Below, piece by piece: positions 37,145-51,200 of a stretch of 64,000 bases of DNA (positions are counted from its first letter, which is position 1; every line of letters begins with the position of its first letter). The position numbers and the translations under genes are program-made. The notes below the pieces were generated by a model that saw nothing but the letters and a program-made list of their open reading frames with translations, ran no database searches and was not told where the DNA came from. The stretch comes from Trichinella spiralis (Eukaryota), in NCBI RefSeq assembly GCF_000181795.1, contig NW_003526943.1, positions 8,287,472 to 8,351,471 of the forward strand. Direction: 5' to 3'.

Positions 37145-40100
37145 NNNNNNNNNNNNNNNNNNNNNNNNNNNNNNNNNNNNNNNNNNNNNNNNNNNNNNNN
37201 NNNNNNNNNNNNNNNNNNNNNNNNNNNNNNNNNNNNNNNNNNNNNNNNNNNNNNNNNNNNNNNNNNNNNNNNNNNNNNNNNNNNNNNNNNNNNNNNNNNN
37301 NNNNNNNNNNNNNNNNNNNNNNNNNNNNNNNNNNNNNNNNNNNNNNNNNNNNNNNNNNNNNNNNNNNNNNNNNNNNNNNNNNNNNNNNNNNNNNNNNNNN
37401 NNNNNNNNNNNNNNNNNNNNNNNNNNNNNNNNNNNNNNNNNNNNNNNNNNNNNNNNNNNNNNNNNNNNNNNNNNNNNNNNNNNNNNNNNNNNNNNNNNNN
37501 NNNNNNNNNNNNNNNNNNNNNNNNNNNNNNNNNGGGAAACCAAATCAAACAAACCAAACAGCCACACGGAACATTATGAAAATCAACCCAAAAACAAAAA
37601 CAACAAATAAACAAACAAAAATGGAAGATCTTTTTCTTCCTGTAGAATTTCTACATACATAATTTTCATTTTATTCATTTTTTTAAGACAAACAATTTAC
37701 CAACGCAATGTTAATAATAATAAATTTCAACTATTTCAAATAACATATTCCTCTTTTCATAATTTTTAAAACTTGCCCAGTTACACAACGACAAAAGAAA
37801 ATTGCTGTTAAAGCTTAATTTACATACACGCATACGCCCCCTAAAATTAAATGACATCTTTATGAAAAGAATAAAAAATAAATTAATTGAACTGAAATTT
37901 AATATTTTCAAGCAACCAAATAAATGACTATCAAACAAATGCTGAATTAAATGATTATACAAAATAATAACTTTTAAAAAATTATGATTTTAAAGTAATA
38001 TTGTCTAGCAGACTGTGCGTGATCTATGAAATACGATTAGCAAACAGACCTGCATGTATTTGAAGAAGGTTCAATTCAACCGTCCGTACTCCTTATGCAC
38101 GTGGAAGTGAAGTACAGAAGCAACAACAACAACAACAACATAAGCACATTTACATCACAAACAATCATTGCAGAAAAAAAACAAAAACAAAAAAATGAAT
38201 ATTCAAATAATCAACTTGGAATGCATAATATTAACTGAGAAGGGATTGAGTTGGTTGGATTTGTTAGTGAAAATTATTGAAAGCAAAAGCTGACAACAAC
38301 AACAACAACAACAAATACAGCTTTTCAATGCTTCAAGTGCTCAAAGGCCTTCACAACGAAAACAGTAGCGCCATGCAAACTGTCGCTGATCAAGCACAAA
38401 AGCATCCAAATGGTAACACATAAACTATTATGACCTGGAAACCTGAGCATGCATAGCACAGCCTGGTACAGCAATGACACACCGACAAGAGTATTGAACT
38501 ACAACTAACGACTAAAGTTTTCAACCTGAATCACCATCATCATAATGCAAAATTATTCAATACATAATTCTGTAACAAAATCATAGTTATACACACCCAC
38601 ACATCCACTTTTACATGGATACATGCATATTAACACGGTATGCACATTGTATTTAAATTTAAATAATTATTACAAAATAAAAAAAGAATATCAAAAGTAT
38701 CGCATAAAAAATATCCCACCTTTCAACAGACAACCTACAATATTATTAACATAATCGTCTGGGTAGATTTAAAATTAAAAAAAAACAATTAATAAAAAAT
38801 TGTGCATTGTTGTGTATGCAAGCTGTGAAAAAAATGAAAAAACAAAATCGGCTAAACAACAAAGAAAATAATACAACATAACACACGCCATTATGCACAT
38901 CTGAATGAGAATAAAAAAAGGAAAAGCTTTTTATTACGAGATGCTAAAAACTTCCGCATCGTACCACTTATTCCATTTTACATTGGAGGAAATTCACTTC
39001 ATCCGTTTCAGATTATTTATTTTTGAAATTCAATTTCGAGATCAAAAAAAATAGGGGAAAAATGAATTAAACAATAATAATAAATTTCCTGGCTTTCTTG
39101 AAACAAGTGAAAACTTTCCATATCAAAAACACACATGCATGCGCGACAATCACGCAAATTTTCATCATAATGCAATAATAATAATAAGGAAAATAGTCAA
39201 TTTCAAATGAACAGAAATCTTGCACATTTATTAAAATTAATAATTAATTTCTCATCATACTGTGAAAATTATTTACAATAATTTATGATTACTGCATATC
39301 TGATAAGAACTATCAGAAAAGTATACATATTTTTATTAAACTGATTTGTATTTTTGAAAAAAGAGTTGGCAAATTTACAATTGCAATTAAAAATTAATTT
39401 CGATCAAATGTAGAAAAAATGCACACTTTATACATATACATTATAAAGTAATGTAGTGCATGTTTGATTTGATTTGAAAATGCATATTTTTTTTTGGCAA
39501 CACACACAACGTTTGTACGTGTTTGTGTTGAAATGCATAAATAATAATTTAATCAAATTTACAAAAGCAACCAGCACAGATTAACACGACAACAGAGAGA
39601 ACAAATAAATGTACACTGTCAAAGTATATGAAATGGGTTTATTTGAACAGATTTAATGCTTGCAGATTTCAAAATCTCAAATGAACCCCAACGCACCCAT
39701 TGACCACCAGAGTGAGCAGCATTTATTTGTTCACTTTTAGAAACGAATACGAACAAATATGCCAAAAGAATAAACTTTGATATCAGGATAAAGAAAACAA
39801 CAACAACAACAACACCCAAACGAAATGCAAAATCACAATAAATTCTATGTGGAAGTTGATCACAGATGGATGGAATAAATGGGAAAAATTATTATTATTA
39901 TTTTTTTCCCATACTCAGCTAGAAATGAATGCCAACTAAATTTTCTTATATTAATTATAAAATTTTAATATAAACAATTATCAGCATGTGATGCTTGCAA
40001 TTTTCCACGAAACGGAAGCCAGTAATAATTTGACTGAAAACAAGAAGAGTTTGCTATGATCTTGTTTGATGGACGGAATCAATAAACACAACGGTCATAA

Positions 40101-42487
40101 CGTCCGGAGCCACCATTACTACTCTGTTTGATTAATTCATCAACGCGCATAGGCGAGATCAATCAAATGAAAAAGAGGAAGGCGAGATGAAATCAAAAGA
40201 GGCTTATGATTTGCAAGCATGGGCAATCGTTCTTCGCAGTAATTTCATGTTAGCTTAAAACTTCATTTCAACTTCACATCCTATATGACAAACAAATCTT
40301 GCAAACATCATTTTAAGAAAAAGAATTTTTTCAACCGCTCGAAAATCATCAGCCTTTTTCAAAAATAACAAAAAAAAACATGCTACGATCCAACATCAAA
40401 TGTACTACAACAATATACAATATTACATTTCATATTTCGAAATATTAATATGATAAAAGCAACTGGGAGATAATGAAAAGAAAAGAAAAAATCAAAAGTT
40501 CTGATTTAATCTTGTACAAGCAATCATCTGCTCAGCTGTTTACGTTAACAAAGACATAAAAACTTCAACATGCCCAAGTGACCAGACAGCTGCACATTTT
40601 ATAAAGCACTTCCGTTTGGAAATAATCTCAAAATTTATTTGCTATTAATTGATACTGTATCACTTCTTCAAGATAGATTAAAAAAAAACAAAACAGATTA
40701 CAAATGCTCCTCTTCAACACTGGATGGAGTTGTAAAATGCATTACCACAAATTCGATTCAGCAGTGCAAAAATCGCTTTCGCCTAACGCTCAACAAACTC
40801 AACAATATTGCATCAATTCAACATGTTTGTGCAACGCAAAAAAATATAAAACTGATCGAAACGTTCATCACGTGCAACAGCGGTATAATTTTACTGCCAG
40901 AAAAATTTGTAATGTATGCTGCCAATCTGGTAATATCAGTTACACGAATTTGCGGAGAAAGTAAACAATTTTTAACTGATATGGTAAACACAATTCATGT
41001 TGATATGTTGAAAAATAATATTAAAAAATTCAACTCGTATATCAGGGTGAAAATAGATAGACAAACAGAAACGGTTTGGTTTTCATGCAAAACAACAATC
41101 TTACCTGGCTGCAAGCCTCCTTCTGCGACACTTTGCGGTTCAGTCATTAGTCCCGATAACAAGTAAAAAATATACACGCATCAATATGTGGGAGGTAAAA
41201 AAGATGCTAACACAAAAATTATTATCTTTTACTTCAATAATACAGAACTTGGATAATGCCAGATGCACACATCTGTCAAACCTAAGATACAGTAGAATAA
41301 AATGAGAAGTAGGCAACAGGAAGTAAATTGAAATAAGCAACCGTAAAATATAGCATGATAATGTTAATATTTCACTCATTTTAATAAATTAATTGATTCT
41401 GATTTATTTAAATTTTAAATATTTTTCTCAAAAAGTATATTTATTTGTCTCATTCCTCAGAAAATTTATCACGTAGATATTATATTTGCATTAATGTTAT
41501 TACTAAAATTGTTGAAAAACAATATTTTCATTCATTTCATTAATTTTTGTAATTTATTTTTAAGATTCTACTTTGAATTTAATAGCTAAATATCAGAGGC
41601 TACTGTAATCAGCTGAAAACAGATCTTCAAGTTAAAGGCAAAATGAAAATGCACATATTTTTAATATTCATCTTAAAAATTCGAATTAACTGTAACTTTT
41701 ATGACATTTATACTGGTACAACTAAGGGAATTCACTTAGTTTGATTTTCAATGTGGCGCGATTCGAAAATACGCTTTTCAGTAAAACTTTCTCAAATGAA
41801 ACTGCTGCGGTGATTAAACCACTTTATTTAGTTAAACGTTTGGACAAATTTTTTTTGGAAAATTGAGTGAATGCTTCATTTTAAAGAACTTACGACAATC
41901 AAACATATCACATGACTGAGTAAACAAACAAAAGCTGAAAACTACAAGCACTTGAAACTAATGTGCTATAAAAATAAAACTTTTAGGCAACTGCTAATAC
42001 CTGTTTTCTTTACCTTTCTCCTTTTTATTGTATGCTATTTTCAAGTTCGAATAACATAGTTATCTCAATAAATCTATTTGTTTCAAGTACAATAGCATCT
42101 GAATATGGAAAGGATAGTACTTATTATGACACAAAAATGTATTTGGAAGTTGTTAATTTTCCTTCTGAAATTCCTTAAAAAATACAAAAATCATACAAAG
42201 ACGATTTTTAAATCACATACCTTTGATAATAATTTACTTATTGATGCGGCATGAACCATTACATTTCCATAATATAACATTTAAAAGTTGCTTATCGATA
42301 CGTAACAGCTGTAGAAATTTGAAAAAGTGGAAAACCTACTTTGTAACGAAATTACGCATTCACATAACTTGCATAATTCTTATGAGCATAAATGCACAAT
42401 TATTCTTTCATAGAGAAGAATATCTCTGAAAATTTACGCACAGTAATTAAAAACTTTCATTTCCGCTAAACTGATAACAAATATTAG

Positions 42488-42676
42488 TGTTACGGTTTGT
42501 CAGCATAAAGAGAACAACACTTGTAATAAACGTTTACAGTAGTTTATTTGGGCACAATAAAACAAACAAATAATAACCAAGACACGCGAACCACTCACGC
42601 CGCTAACTCATACCAGTTGTTCTTTTACCGTATTTCCTTCCGGTGAATTTCGTACATGATTTTCAGACATACTACA
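42488..42676 (-). repeat. 3' LTR of gypsy element
   Basis: Minus strand TGTAGTATGTCTG...CCGTAACA with an internal AATAAA. Homologous to 43792-43925. Confidence 0.85.
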
Positions 42677-43740
42677 CTTTCTCGACTTTTAGAAGAAAAT
42701 CATCCAAATACTTCGGTTTCTTACGAATTCCATTTGATTCTTCAATTATTTCTTTTCCTTCTTTAATATGTGCGGTCTCGGTGTTCTCTACATCTTCTTC
42801 TTCCCTTCCTTCTCATGATACTTCTTCACGTGTAAGCATAGAATCACAAAGATCTCGTACTTGAGCTACTGTTCCAGGCATCCATCTGGGTCCGGTCCCA
42901 TAACTTCTCCATAGAACTGTATCGCCGACTGACAGATTTATATCTTTCATCCGTTTTCTTTCATTTATGGTTTCTGACATTTCCGCCAATGATTTCTCTT
43001 TTACTTTGGGTGATTTGAATCTCCTACCTGAAGCTGTTGCCTCCATTCGGGTGGAATGTTTTCGATTGCTGGGTCTATACGCCTTTTATCAATCTTGAAT
43101 CTTAAGAATGACACTGCCTCCATCGTAAACCGGTATTTCAATCTATTCAACGGGAGTCCAGCTTCCCTGAGTCGTTGTAAAACTGCTCGCAGTCGTTCCT
43201 AATGCTCTGCTTCATCTTCTACCGCTATCAAGATGCCATCTAATTACACTGCTGTGCCTTTCAAATTTGGCAAGACTGACTCCATTAATCTTCTGAAGAT
43301 GGTTGGCGCTGATTCACTGCCAAAAGGAAGTCTATGTATTTTGTATAAGCCACGGTGTGTATTTAAAGTAAGCACTTGGGACGTTGACTCATTTACTCGA
43401 ACTTGTGTAAGCTGTATCCAAACCTAATTTTGGGAAGAACTTTCCTCCTGCCGTTCTGCCAAAACTTCGTTAATTGTTGGTAAAGGGTACACATCATCAG
43501 ACTTTATGGATGAATTCACTGCTTTGTTGCTTTGTAATCGCCACACAGCCGAATTTTACCATTTCCTTTTACCACTGGTACTACGGGTGATGCACATTCT
43601 GAATAGTTGGTTGGATCGAACACTTCTTCTTCTACCAACCTACCTTTCTAGAGCGACTCTGCTTCCGCTTTACTTTTCAACGCAAATGGAAGTGGTCTAT
43701 AACGCAGAAATTTTGATTTCGCCTCCTTATCTAAAATTAT

Positions 43741-43925
43741 TGATGCTAGTCGACCGGTATACTGACCCAGTTCTACATTGAGTTCTTTATCCAGTTGTTT
43801 ATTTCGGCTCAATAAAAGGCACAACTAAGAACCAACACATGCGCCACTCACGCCGCCAATTCATACCAATTGTTCCTTTACCGTATTCTCTGTGAATTTT
43901 GTACCTGATTTTCAGATATACTACA
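43741..43925 (-). repeat. 5' LTR of gypsy element
   Basis: Minus strand TGTAGTATATCTG...AGCATCA. The inner boundary is inferred from length and the CA dinucleotide. Confidence 0.75.
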
Positions 43926-44444
43926 ATTAGTAACGAACAAAATGTAATTTTTTTAATCAGTGTACTTGGTTCTATTTACAGAATAAATTCTTTAGTGTTA
44001 TATTGGTGAAATTGAAAGCTGAACTCTTCATATGTTTGTAATATAACGTTTTCTGCGCTTGCATTATTTAATATTTGAGTGAGTTCTGAAAATTGTCATA
44101 TTCCATATATGAGTTCAATTTTAAATAAGGTTGAAGAAATGGATTTTAGCTTCAATTGTTTTTTTGAATGTTGTATATTGAAAAAATATTTTTTTAATAC
44201 ATTTTAATTATATTTCATTTCATGTAAACGTAAATGCTAAAAGTAATTGTTATTATAAATGATGACGCTAAATTTCTATGCAGATATTTGCTTGAAGAAT
44301 GAATTTGACAGCATTTACGTTATGTAATGCAATAGGTTAGGAAGTAAAGATTTTTTTGACGTTATTTAACTTGTAGCTTAAAATTTTAAAGATGATTTTT
44401 TTGTTAATATTATCTGATTGAATATTTTCAGCTTATTTAGGAAC

Positions 44445-47400
44445 ATGGGTAGTATGCTTTTCTTGAAGCTGTTGGTTGTAGTCTTAGGATACTTTTTTGG
44501 TGTTTTCTTTTTTTCTCGAGGCTTTCTGTTAACTCGACATGCGTTGTTGCACAAAAGCAGTTGTTACGATGTACAGTATCCGGTCAGTTCAAGCTCTCCT
44601 TCTGGATGTTGGGTGAAATCGAAATACAAACGCGCCATTTTGCTAGTTGTCGATGCATTGCGTTACGATTTTGTAGCATCTCCGAAGCATTCGAAAAAAA
44701 TTTATCACAACAAATTTTCCCTGGTCAACGAATTGCTTTCCAAAAAACCTTCCAACAGTATGCTTTTCAAATTTATTGCCGATCCGCCTACTACAACTTT
44801 GCAGCGTTTGAAAAGTTTGACCACCGGAAGTCTCCCAACTTTCGTCGATGCCGGCACCAATTTTGCTGGAACTGCAATTGAAGAGGACAATTTGATCGAT
44901 CAAATGATAAATCAAGGAAGGAAGATCACTTTTATGGGCGATGATACGTGGATGGCGTTGTTTCCGAATCATTTTAATAAATCTTATCCATTTCCTTCGT
45001 TTGATGTGAAAGATTTGCACACGGTGGACGATGGAATTTTAGCCCACTTGTACGATGAGCTTCGATCTAACAGTTGGGATCTTTTGATTGCTCATTTTTT
45101 GGGAGTCGACCATTGTGGACATAAATACGGACCAAATCATCCAGAAATGTCAAAAAAATTGCATCAAATGGATATTGTTATTCGGTAAAAAATATTTTTT
45201 GATATTAAAAATAATTTTTTTAATATAAGTTAGTATTATTAGAAATGTCACAAAAGTGATGCCTGATGATACAATTTTGTTCGTTTTTGGCGATCATGGG
45301 ATGACGCAGAACGGTGATCACGGAGGCGATAGTGAAGAAGAATTGAGTGCAGCTTTATTTGCTTACAGTCCACAACGTCTGCATTTTGAGAAAGAAGTAA
45401 GAATCCGAATGTTTTGTTTTTCTAAGAACGATCATTTTATACATTCACAACATCTCTTTTGTTATGAATAGCAGTTTATTAAAATACTTTCTATAATGCT
45501 CTATGAAATTATGAGGAACTTTTTTGAAACGTAATAATAAAAAAATTTTTGTTTGAAAATTGAAAAAGAAATATAGAAGAAATTAGTGAGAATGTTTTCA
45601 AGTATTATAGTGCGAATGCTTGAAGCGGATGAAGGAAAAAAATTAAGCAACTTTAAATTTCCATAAAGGTTTTCTCCGAAAATGACTTTACACAATAGAC
45701 AAGAAGCGTTTGCATGCAATGTACAAAAAACAGACATGGTGAACAAATGTGTTTTGTTTAGTTATTTGTTTGTTTATGGATTGCAAGAAATGGTTATAGT
45801 AGTATAGAAGAAAATATATTTTTACGTTAAAAAAATTTATATATATTAATTTTATGATTATGTTTAAGAATGTTCATCGAGTTGCTGCACAGCTGAATCT
45901 TGTACCAACTTTGGCACTTTTATTGGACATTCCCGTTCCATTTTCAAATTTGGGTGCCTTAATACCAGAACTATTCCCTGACAGAGAGGATCGTACACAA
46001 GCTGCCAGGGTAAACGTTTACCAAGTGAGTGATGAAAAAAAAAGAATTTAAGCCCATTTTTATTTGTTTAAACTTCTTTTTCTAGGTGATTCGTTATACT
46101 GAAACTTATTTGAGAAATTTCCATGATTCCGTATTGACTGAACGCTTTTCATCGTTGCTGAAAATATTCAACAATCTCGAAGCGGACGAGCTGACCGTGG
46201 AAAAGAGTTTGGATATTGTTCACAAAGTGAACAGCATTTTCTTGGACTCTTGGGCGAAATTTCACTTGGGCTGGATGACCCTTGGAATAGTGACCATATT
46301 GGAAACGATCGTCTCCTCTTTGGTCATGGTTCGTTTCCCTGACCGGGCCGAAAGTGGTCGGCTGCTCTTTTTGAAATCTCTTCACTTCGCTTTGTTTTTC
46401 TGGGCAGTTTTAGCTCGCAACGAAAGCATCCCACCCGTAATTGGCATCACCCTGAGCATCGAATTGACCATGCATTTGCACTGCTTGGTCGGCAAATTGT
46501 TCACCGCCGTCGACAATATCCGGACGATGGATTGGATTTCGTTGTTTTTCATGTTCTTGCACGCGATCAGCGTCTTTTCCAACAGTTATATAGTCAACGA
46601 AGATGCCGTCGTCCGATATATCGTTCAAGCATTTTTTATCATGTTTTTCATCTCCACTGTGAGAAAATATCTCGCAAAACAATGCGGCTTGCATCGTTTC
46701 CACTGCAAAACAAGAAGACTGACCCTGTTTGAATGGTCGAAGAAAAATGATTATTTAAATTTGACAGCTTTTGTCACAGCCGGCATGATGATCATCAGAT
46801 GCGGTGTTTGGTACAGACGATGTCGTGAAGAATTGGTCAAATGTACAATGTCGTTGTTTTTGCTACCGTTCGGCAGTCTGCTCGACCGCAACGACAAAAT
46901 CATCCGCATGCTGGTGTCTTGCGTCAGCGTTTGGATCATCTACATTATTCCGAAACGTTATTTGCAAGACAATGGTCATTTGGATGGTGACAGTCGACTG
47001 CTGGTGTTGGTATGCAAATTTTGCTCTAAGCTCATCTCGTGGTCGTTGATGGCTAGCTGGGCTTATTCTTGGCTAGCCGAAGAAGTGCCGAAGATGATGG
47101 AAAATGGCTTGCCGTTGTTTTTCCCCCGATGCTGCTATGCTGGCTTTGTTCTGTTTTTCATGTTTTACTTATATGACCCGTTGTTCACTTATACGAATGT
47201 CGTGGACCGTGGAGCCAAGCTGGTGTCGGTGAATGTCCACTTCCCGATCCATTCTTTGCACGCTTACGCGAAAGAGAATTGGAAAACGTTCTTGACCAAC
47301 GGTCCAACAAACCAAGGGAAGTTGGTCTTCGTTCACGGCTTCAAAACTGCTCTCAGCGGAAGTTTGGTTGCTTTTATCTGGAATTTTGCATTAATTCTCA

Positions 47401-48160
47401 CCCTTTTGCTGGGCGACGGTACCAGCTTTTCAGTGGTATGTTTGCTGCTCATCTCAGCGATTCTATTGCGCCTCAACAAAGAAGGTATATGTTATTTATT
47501 TTTGATTCAGCGAGAGCTTGCTAATATTGTATTTTTAAAAGAAGTTTCAGAACATTCAATGCTTCCTATAATTGTTTTCATGGTTGAATTGTGTTTTCAT
47601 TTTTTCTACGCATTTGGCCACCAGCCAACGTTCGCGGCAATTCCGTGGGATGCGGCATTTGTCGGAGTGCCGGGCAATTTCAAATATCTCTGGCTGCAGA
47701 CGTTGCTAGTCATGCTCAACATAAGCGCCAGTTTTGTATTTGTGATCTTCTTCTTGCCGATGGTTGTCTTCACTCGGGATGAGCATTCCGCCGCCCAGGT
47801 AGCAGCAATTGATGCTCAAGGCAGAAACTGTTCAATGCGCATATTCACTTGCAACGTACTATTTTTGACAGTTCTCGGAACTAAGGTACAATTTTGATAT
47901 TGCTTATTATACTTTTTTGTATTTATTGATTTTTGATATTCCATTTTTAGTTGTTTTTCTGCGTATTAGCTTGCGCTCTTCATCGACGTCACTTGATGGT
48001 GTGGAAAATATTTGCACCGAAATTTATTTTCGAAAGCGGACTGTTCTTTGTTACTTCTGTTTTCATGTTGATACAATTTATTCTTGTTCTGAGATTACAA
48101 AGTCGCTTTTGTTTCTTTTTACAAGCGAACAAGCGTTATTTTTCACACGATAATGATTAA
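44445..48160 (+). CDS. PIGO: GPI ethanolamine phosphate transferase 3
   Basis: Exons ~44445-45184, 45243-45396, 45869-46024, 46086-47484, ~47543-47885 and 47951-48160. Motifs [65 protein letters not shown] and [18 protein letters not shown]. Confidence 0.95.
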
Positions 48161-48233
48161 AACAAAATTATTATTATTAATAGCTAATATTAAATAATAA
48201 TTGTTAGTGGTGGTGGTAGGTGAATTTTTTCAT

Positions 48234-51200
48234 TCATTCGTAAGAAACACTCAGAGTATCTTGTCCAAGTGGGCGTGTTGCAATTGGAATCGACAAAGGC
48301 TCACGTTGGTCATACAAAGTAGGGGCTTGTAAAATTATATAAAGCGTTCCGACGTTGAAAAATGCAAAAATAACAAGAAACAGCCTGTCGATTACCATTC
48401 CAACAAAAACCCAATCGGAAGCAATCTGAAATTATTATTTTCTTTTCATTTCATATCATATGAATAGTGTTTGTTCTTTGCTCACCGTGTCATCTTGGTC
48501 AATTTCCATGAAGTGTTTTTCAATAAATCGTACATCTCTCAGAATACGCAGAACCAATTGGCGGTAGATTCGATGTCGACGGTCAGCTTTGGTTTCATTT
48601 TTCCTCGGCAAGCAAGGACTGCCGTTGAAACACAAGGGTCGAAAGGTGGCGCAAAATTGGCCGGATATTTTGGCCTTTTCCTTCTGTTGCAACTGCTCGT
48701 CTCCACTATAGCCTGGATAATTCATGCACAAATATCTGAAAGTGTTCGCGATTGGTTATCGAGTGGAAGAAGCATCGAAAAATAATTTGAAAAGTGTCAT
48801 TTGCAAACTTGGGCAACGTGTGCAGGAATACACGACGCATCCATTGCGGCATGCCGTGAGTGGAGCCGCGGCGGAAGTGCAAGTTCACCGTTATGACACT
48901 GATGATTATGCTCAAAGTGACCAAGACCATCGTGAACAGCAAATATCGACCAAACATTGGAATTACCAAACTCGTCGGCGGGATAATTTCAATTAATACC
49001 TGGTAAAAGCAAGCACGAGCAGTAGATGGAAAAATTAATTGAATGATGAAATAAAATTACCAAAAAGAAAACAGTCAGTGTGACCAAAATGGAAATTGAA
49101 AAGGTTATCTTGTGATCGGAGAGATAAAACACCAGCGTTGTGGCGAACGAAATCAGAAAGCATGGAATGATCAAATTGACCGTATAAAATAGTGTCTTTC
49201 TTCTCAGACTGAAGTAGAACGTGATGTCGACGTATTTTTCTTTGCCACAACAGCTGCTGTAAATTTGTTCGTGTCGTTCACTGGTTAAAGATAGTAGATC
49301 CCATTCGGCACTTCTGCAAAAAATTAACAACATTAAACTATGTCTGACAAAATTTCAAAAAAAACAAATAAATGCATATATATATATGTATATATTCATT
49401 ATTTGTGTGTGCATATGTATATATATAGAGAAATACTTGTAAAAGTAAGATAAATCCATGCCTACTTCTAAGACATGGACAGTTTTTTCATCTGTAACTA
49501 CTTCTTTTACTAATTCTTCTGGAAGTTGTCGCATATCAACGAACGCACCGAAATAGCTCCAAAGGCCAAATTTCATCAAGCACTTTTGAGAATCATATGG
49601 AAACCATGTAACGTCTATCTGAATAAAATTACTTTTTTGAAAAAAACTGAATAACCAATATAAAAACTGACTGACAGAGCAAAATGATTTGTAAATTGCT
49701 GGAGGTTTCCACACAACCGTGCCATCATAATAGACCAGTGCATCGTTGAATATGGTAATTTCTGGATCACCGGCAGCGCTGTAAATTATCAATTATTAAA
49801 TTGTACACTTTATAAAAATCATACTCACTTATTGTATAAAACTATATCTGGAGTCCACAGTAAGTCTGCTGGAATGTGCAATTTTTTTATTCCTCCATAC
49901 ATATCAGGATCCCAGACAAGTTTACTATCGGGCCATTCCTCAAAAATTGCATTCATAAAATTAATGACGAAATAAAATCAATTTGCCACTTTGAAAAGCA
50001 AAAACTATATTATTGAATGTTATTGAATTAAAATTGCATTACCATATCAAGCCATAAATTTGTAGTAAGCATTTGATTTTTTTCATCCTAAAGTGAGAAT
50101 AAGAACAACATTTTTTGTAAAATGGTAAATTTTTTGAAAATTTTCAAATCGTTTACCACGTCAATGATGCGAATCAGCGAGGCACCAAATTTGATGGTTA
50201 AAATTTCACTCGCATTTCGTACTGGTCGAGATATTTTATTATAATTATATAATAAATCTTCAAATAGTTGCATCTGATTGTTGGAACTCCAAACGTAACG
50301 AACTGCAATAAACATCAACTGAAGTATAAATATTTTGCTAAAGTATAAAATTGATTTCAAAATTGTACACTTTATGAAGCTCAATTTTCGTTCCTATTAT
50401 TCTGTTTATTAAAATTTCCAAATAATCCTCAATAATTTCAATTATATACATAAAGAACATCCGAAATTGTTGTTGTAATTGGATATTTTTTTATCAATTT
50501 CCGTTTATTACAAAAAAAATGTTTAATAATTTGATGAGAAACACAAGTATTTCTAAGCAAACAAATTACCGTGAATGAGAAAATAAAAACTTAGAGCAGT
50601 GTTATAAATCAAAATCACGACTTTCGCTGTCTTGAATGCGATACGAATTAGAATGGCGTGTGGCTATAAATTAAAGGAGGAATTCAATTTCAATTGAAGC
50701 CTTTCAAGAGATCATAAAATCAAGCCTACGTGCTAAAAAGTTATCTTAAAACTCATAATGCAAAAACGATGCTTAGAATGCTTGAAGCAACACCAAAAAA
50801 ACATGATTGAAAGCTATTTTTTGGTTATTGACATGCACCATTGTTTACTGTTGTGTTATAGACAAAAAAAAAACAAATTTCTAAAAGTATAATTTGACGT
50901 TGGATTTTCGTCTAACATGCTATTGAAAGAAAATTATCACTTTTGTTGATTGAACTTTATGGACTGTTTCACATCGTTTGAAAAATTTTTAATATTCCCA
51001 GCATAAAAAACAAATTTCAAATAATAATAAAGAAAAATCAGTTTAAAGCAACAATTTGTATTAAAACACACACACACACTTGCATTAATAACTTAATAAA
51101 ATTTGCTTTTGGTTATTTTGGGATATATTCAGTGCAAATACTGAAAAAAGATTAAATTCATATTATCATTCAACGTTTTTAAATAAAGAAATAAATGGTT

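Larger units (their letters stand above)
42488..43925 (-). mobile_element. Internally deleted, degenerate Ty3/gypsy LTR retrotransposon
   Basis: TG...CA termini with a 5-bp TSD ATTAG (42483-42487 and 43926-43930). Minus-strand pol relics are IRLCGDYK, DDVYPLPTINEVLA, NTHRGLYKIHRLPFGSESAPTIFRRLMESVL (reverse transcriptase), SVGDTVLWRSYGTGPRWMPGTV (integrase C-terminus) and RKPKYLDDF, followed by a purine-rich tract next to the 3' LTR. Confidence 0.9.

Noticed and set aside
40639..41166. 175 aa plus-strand ORF
   Set aside because: Non-ATG start, no recognisable domain, AT-rich; local splice signals point to the other strand.
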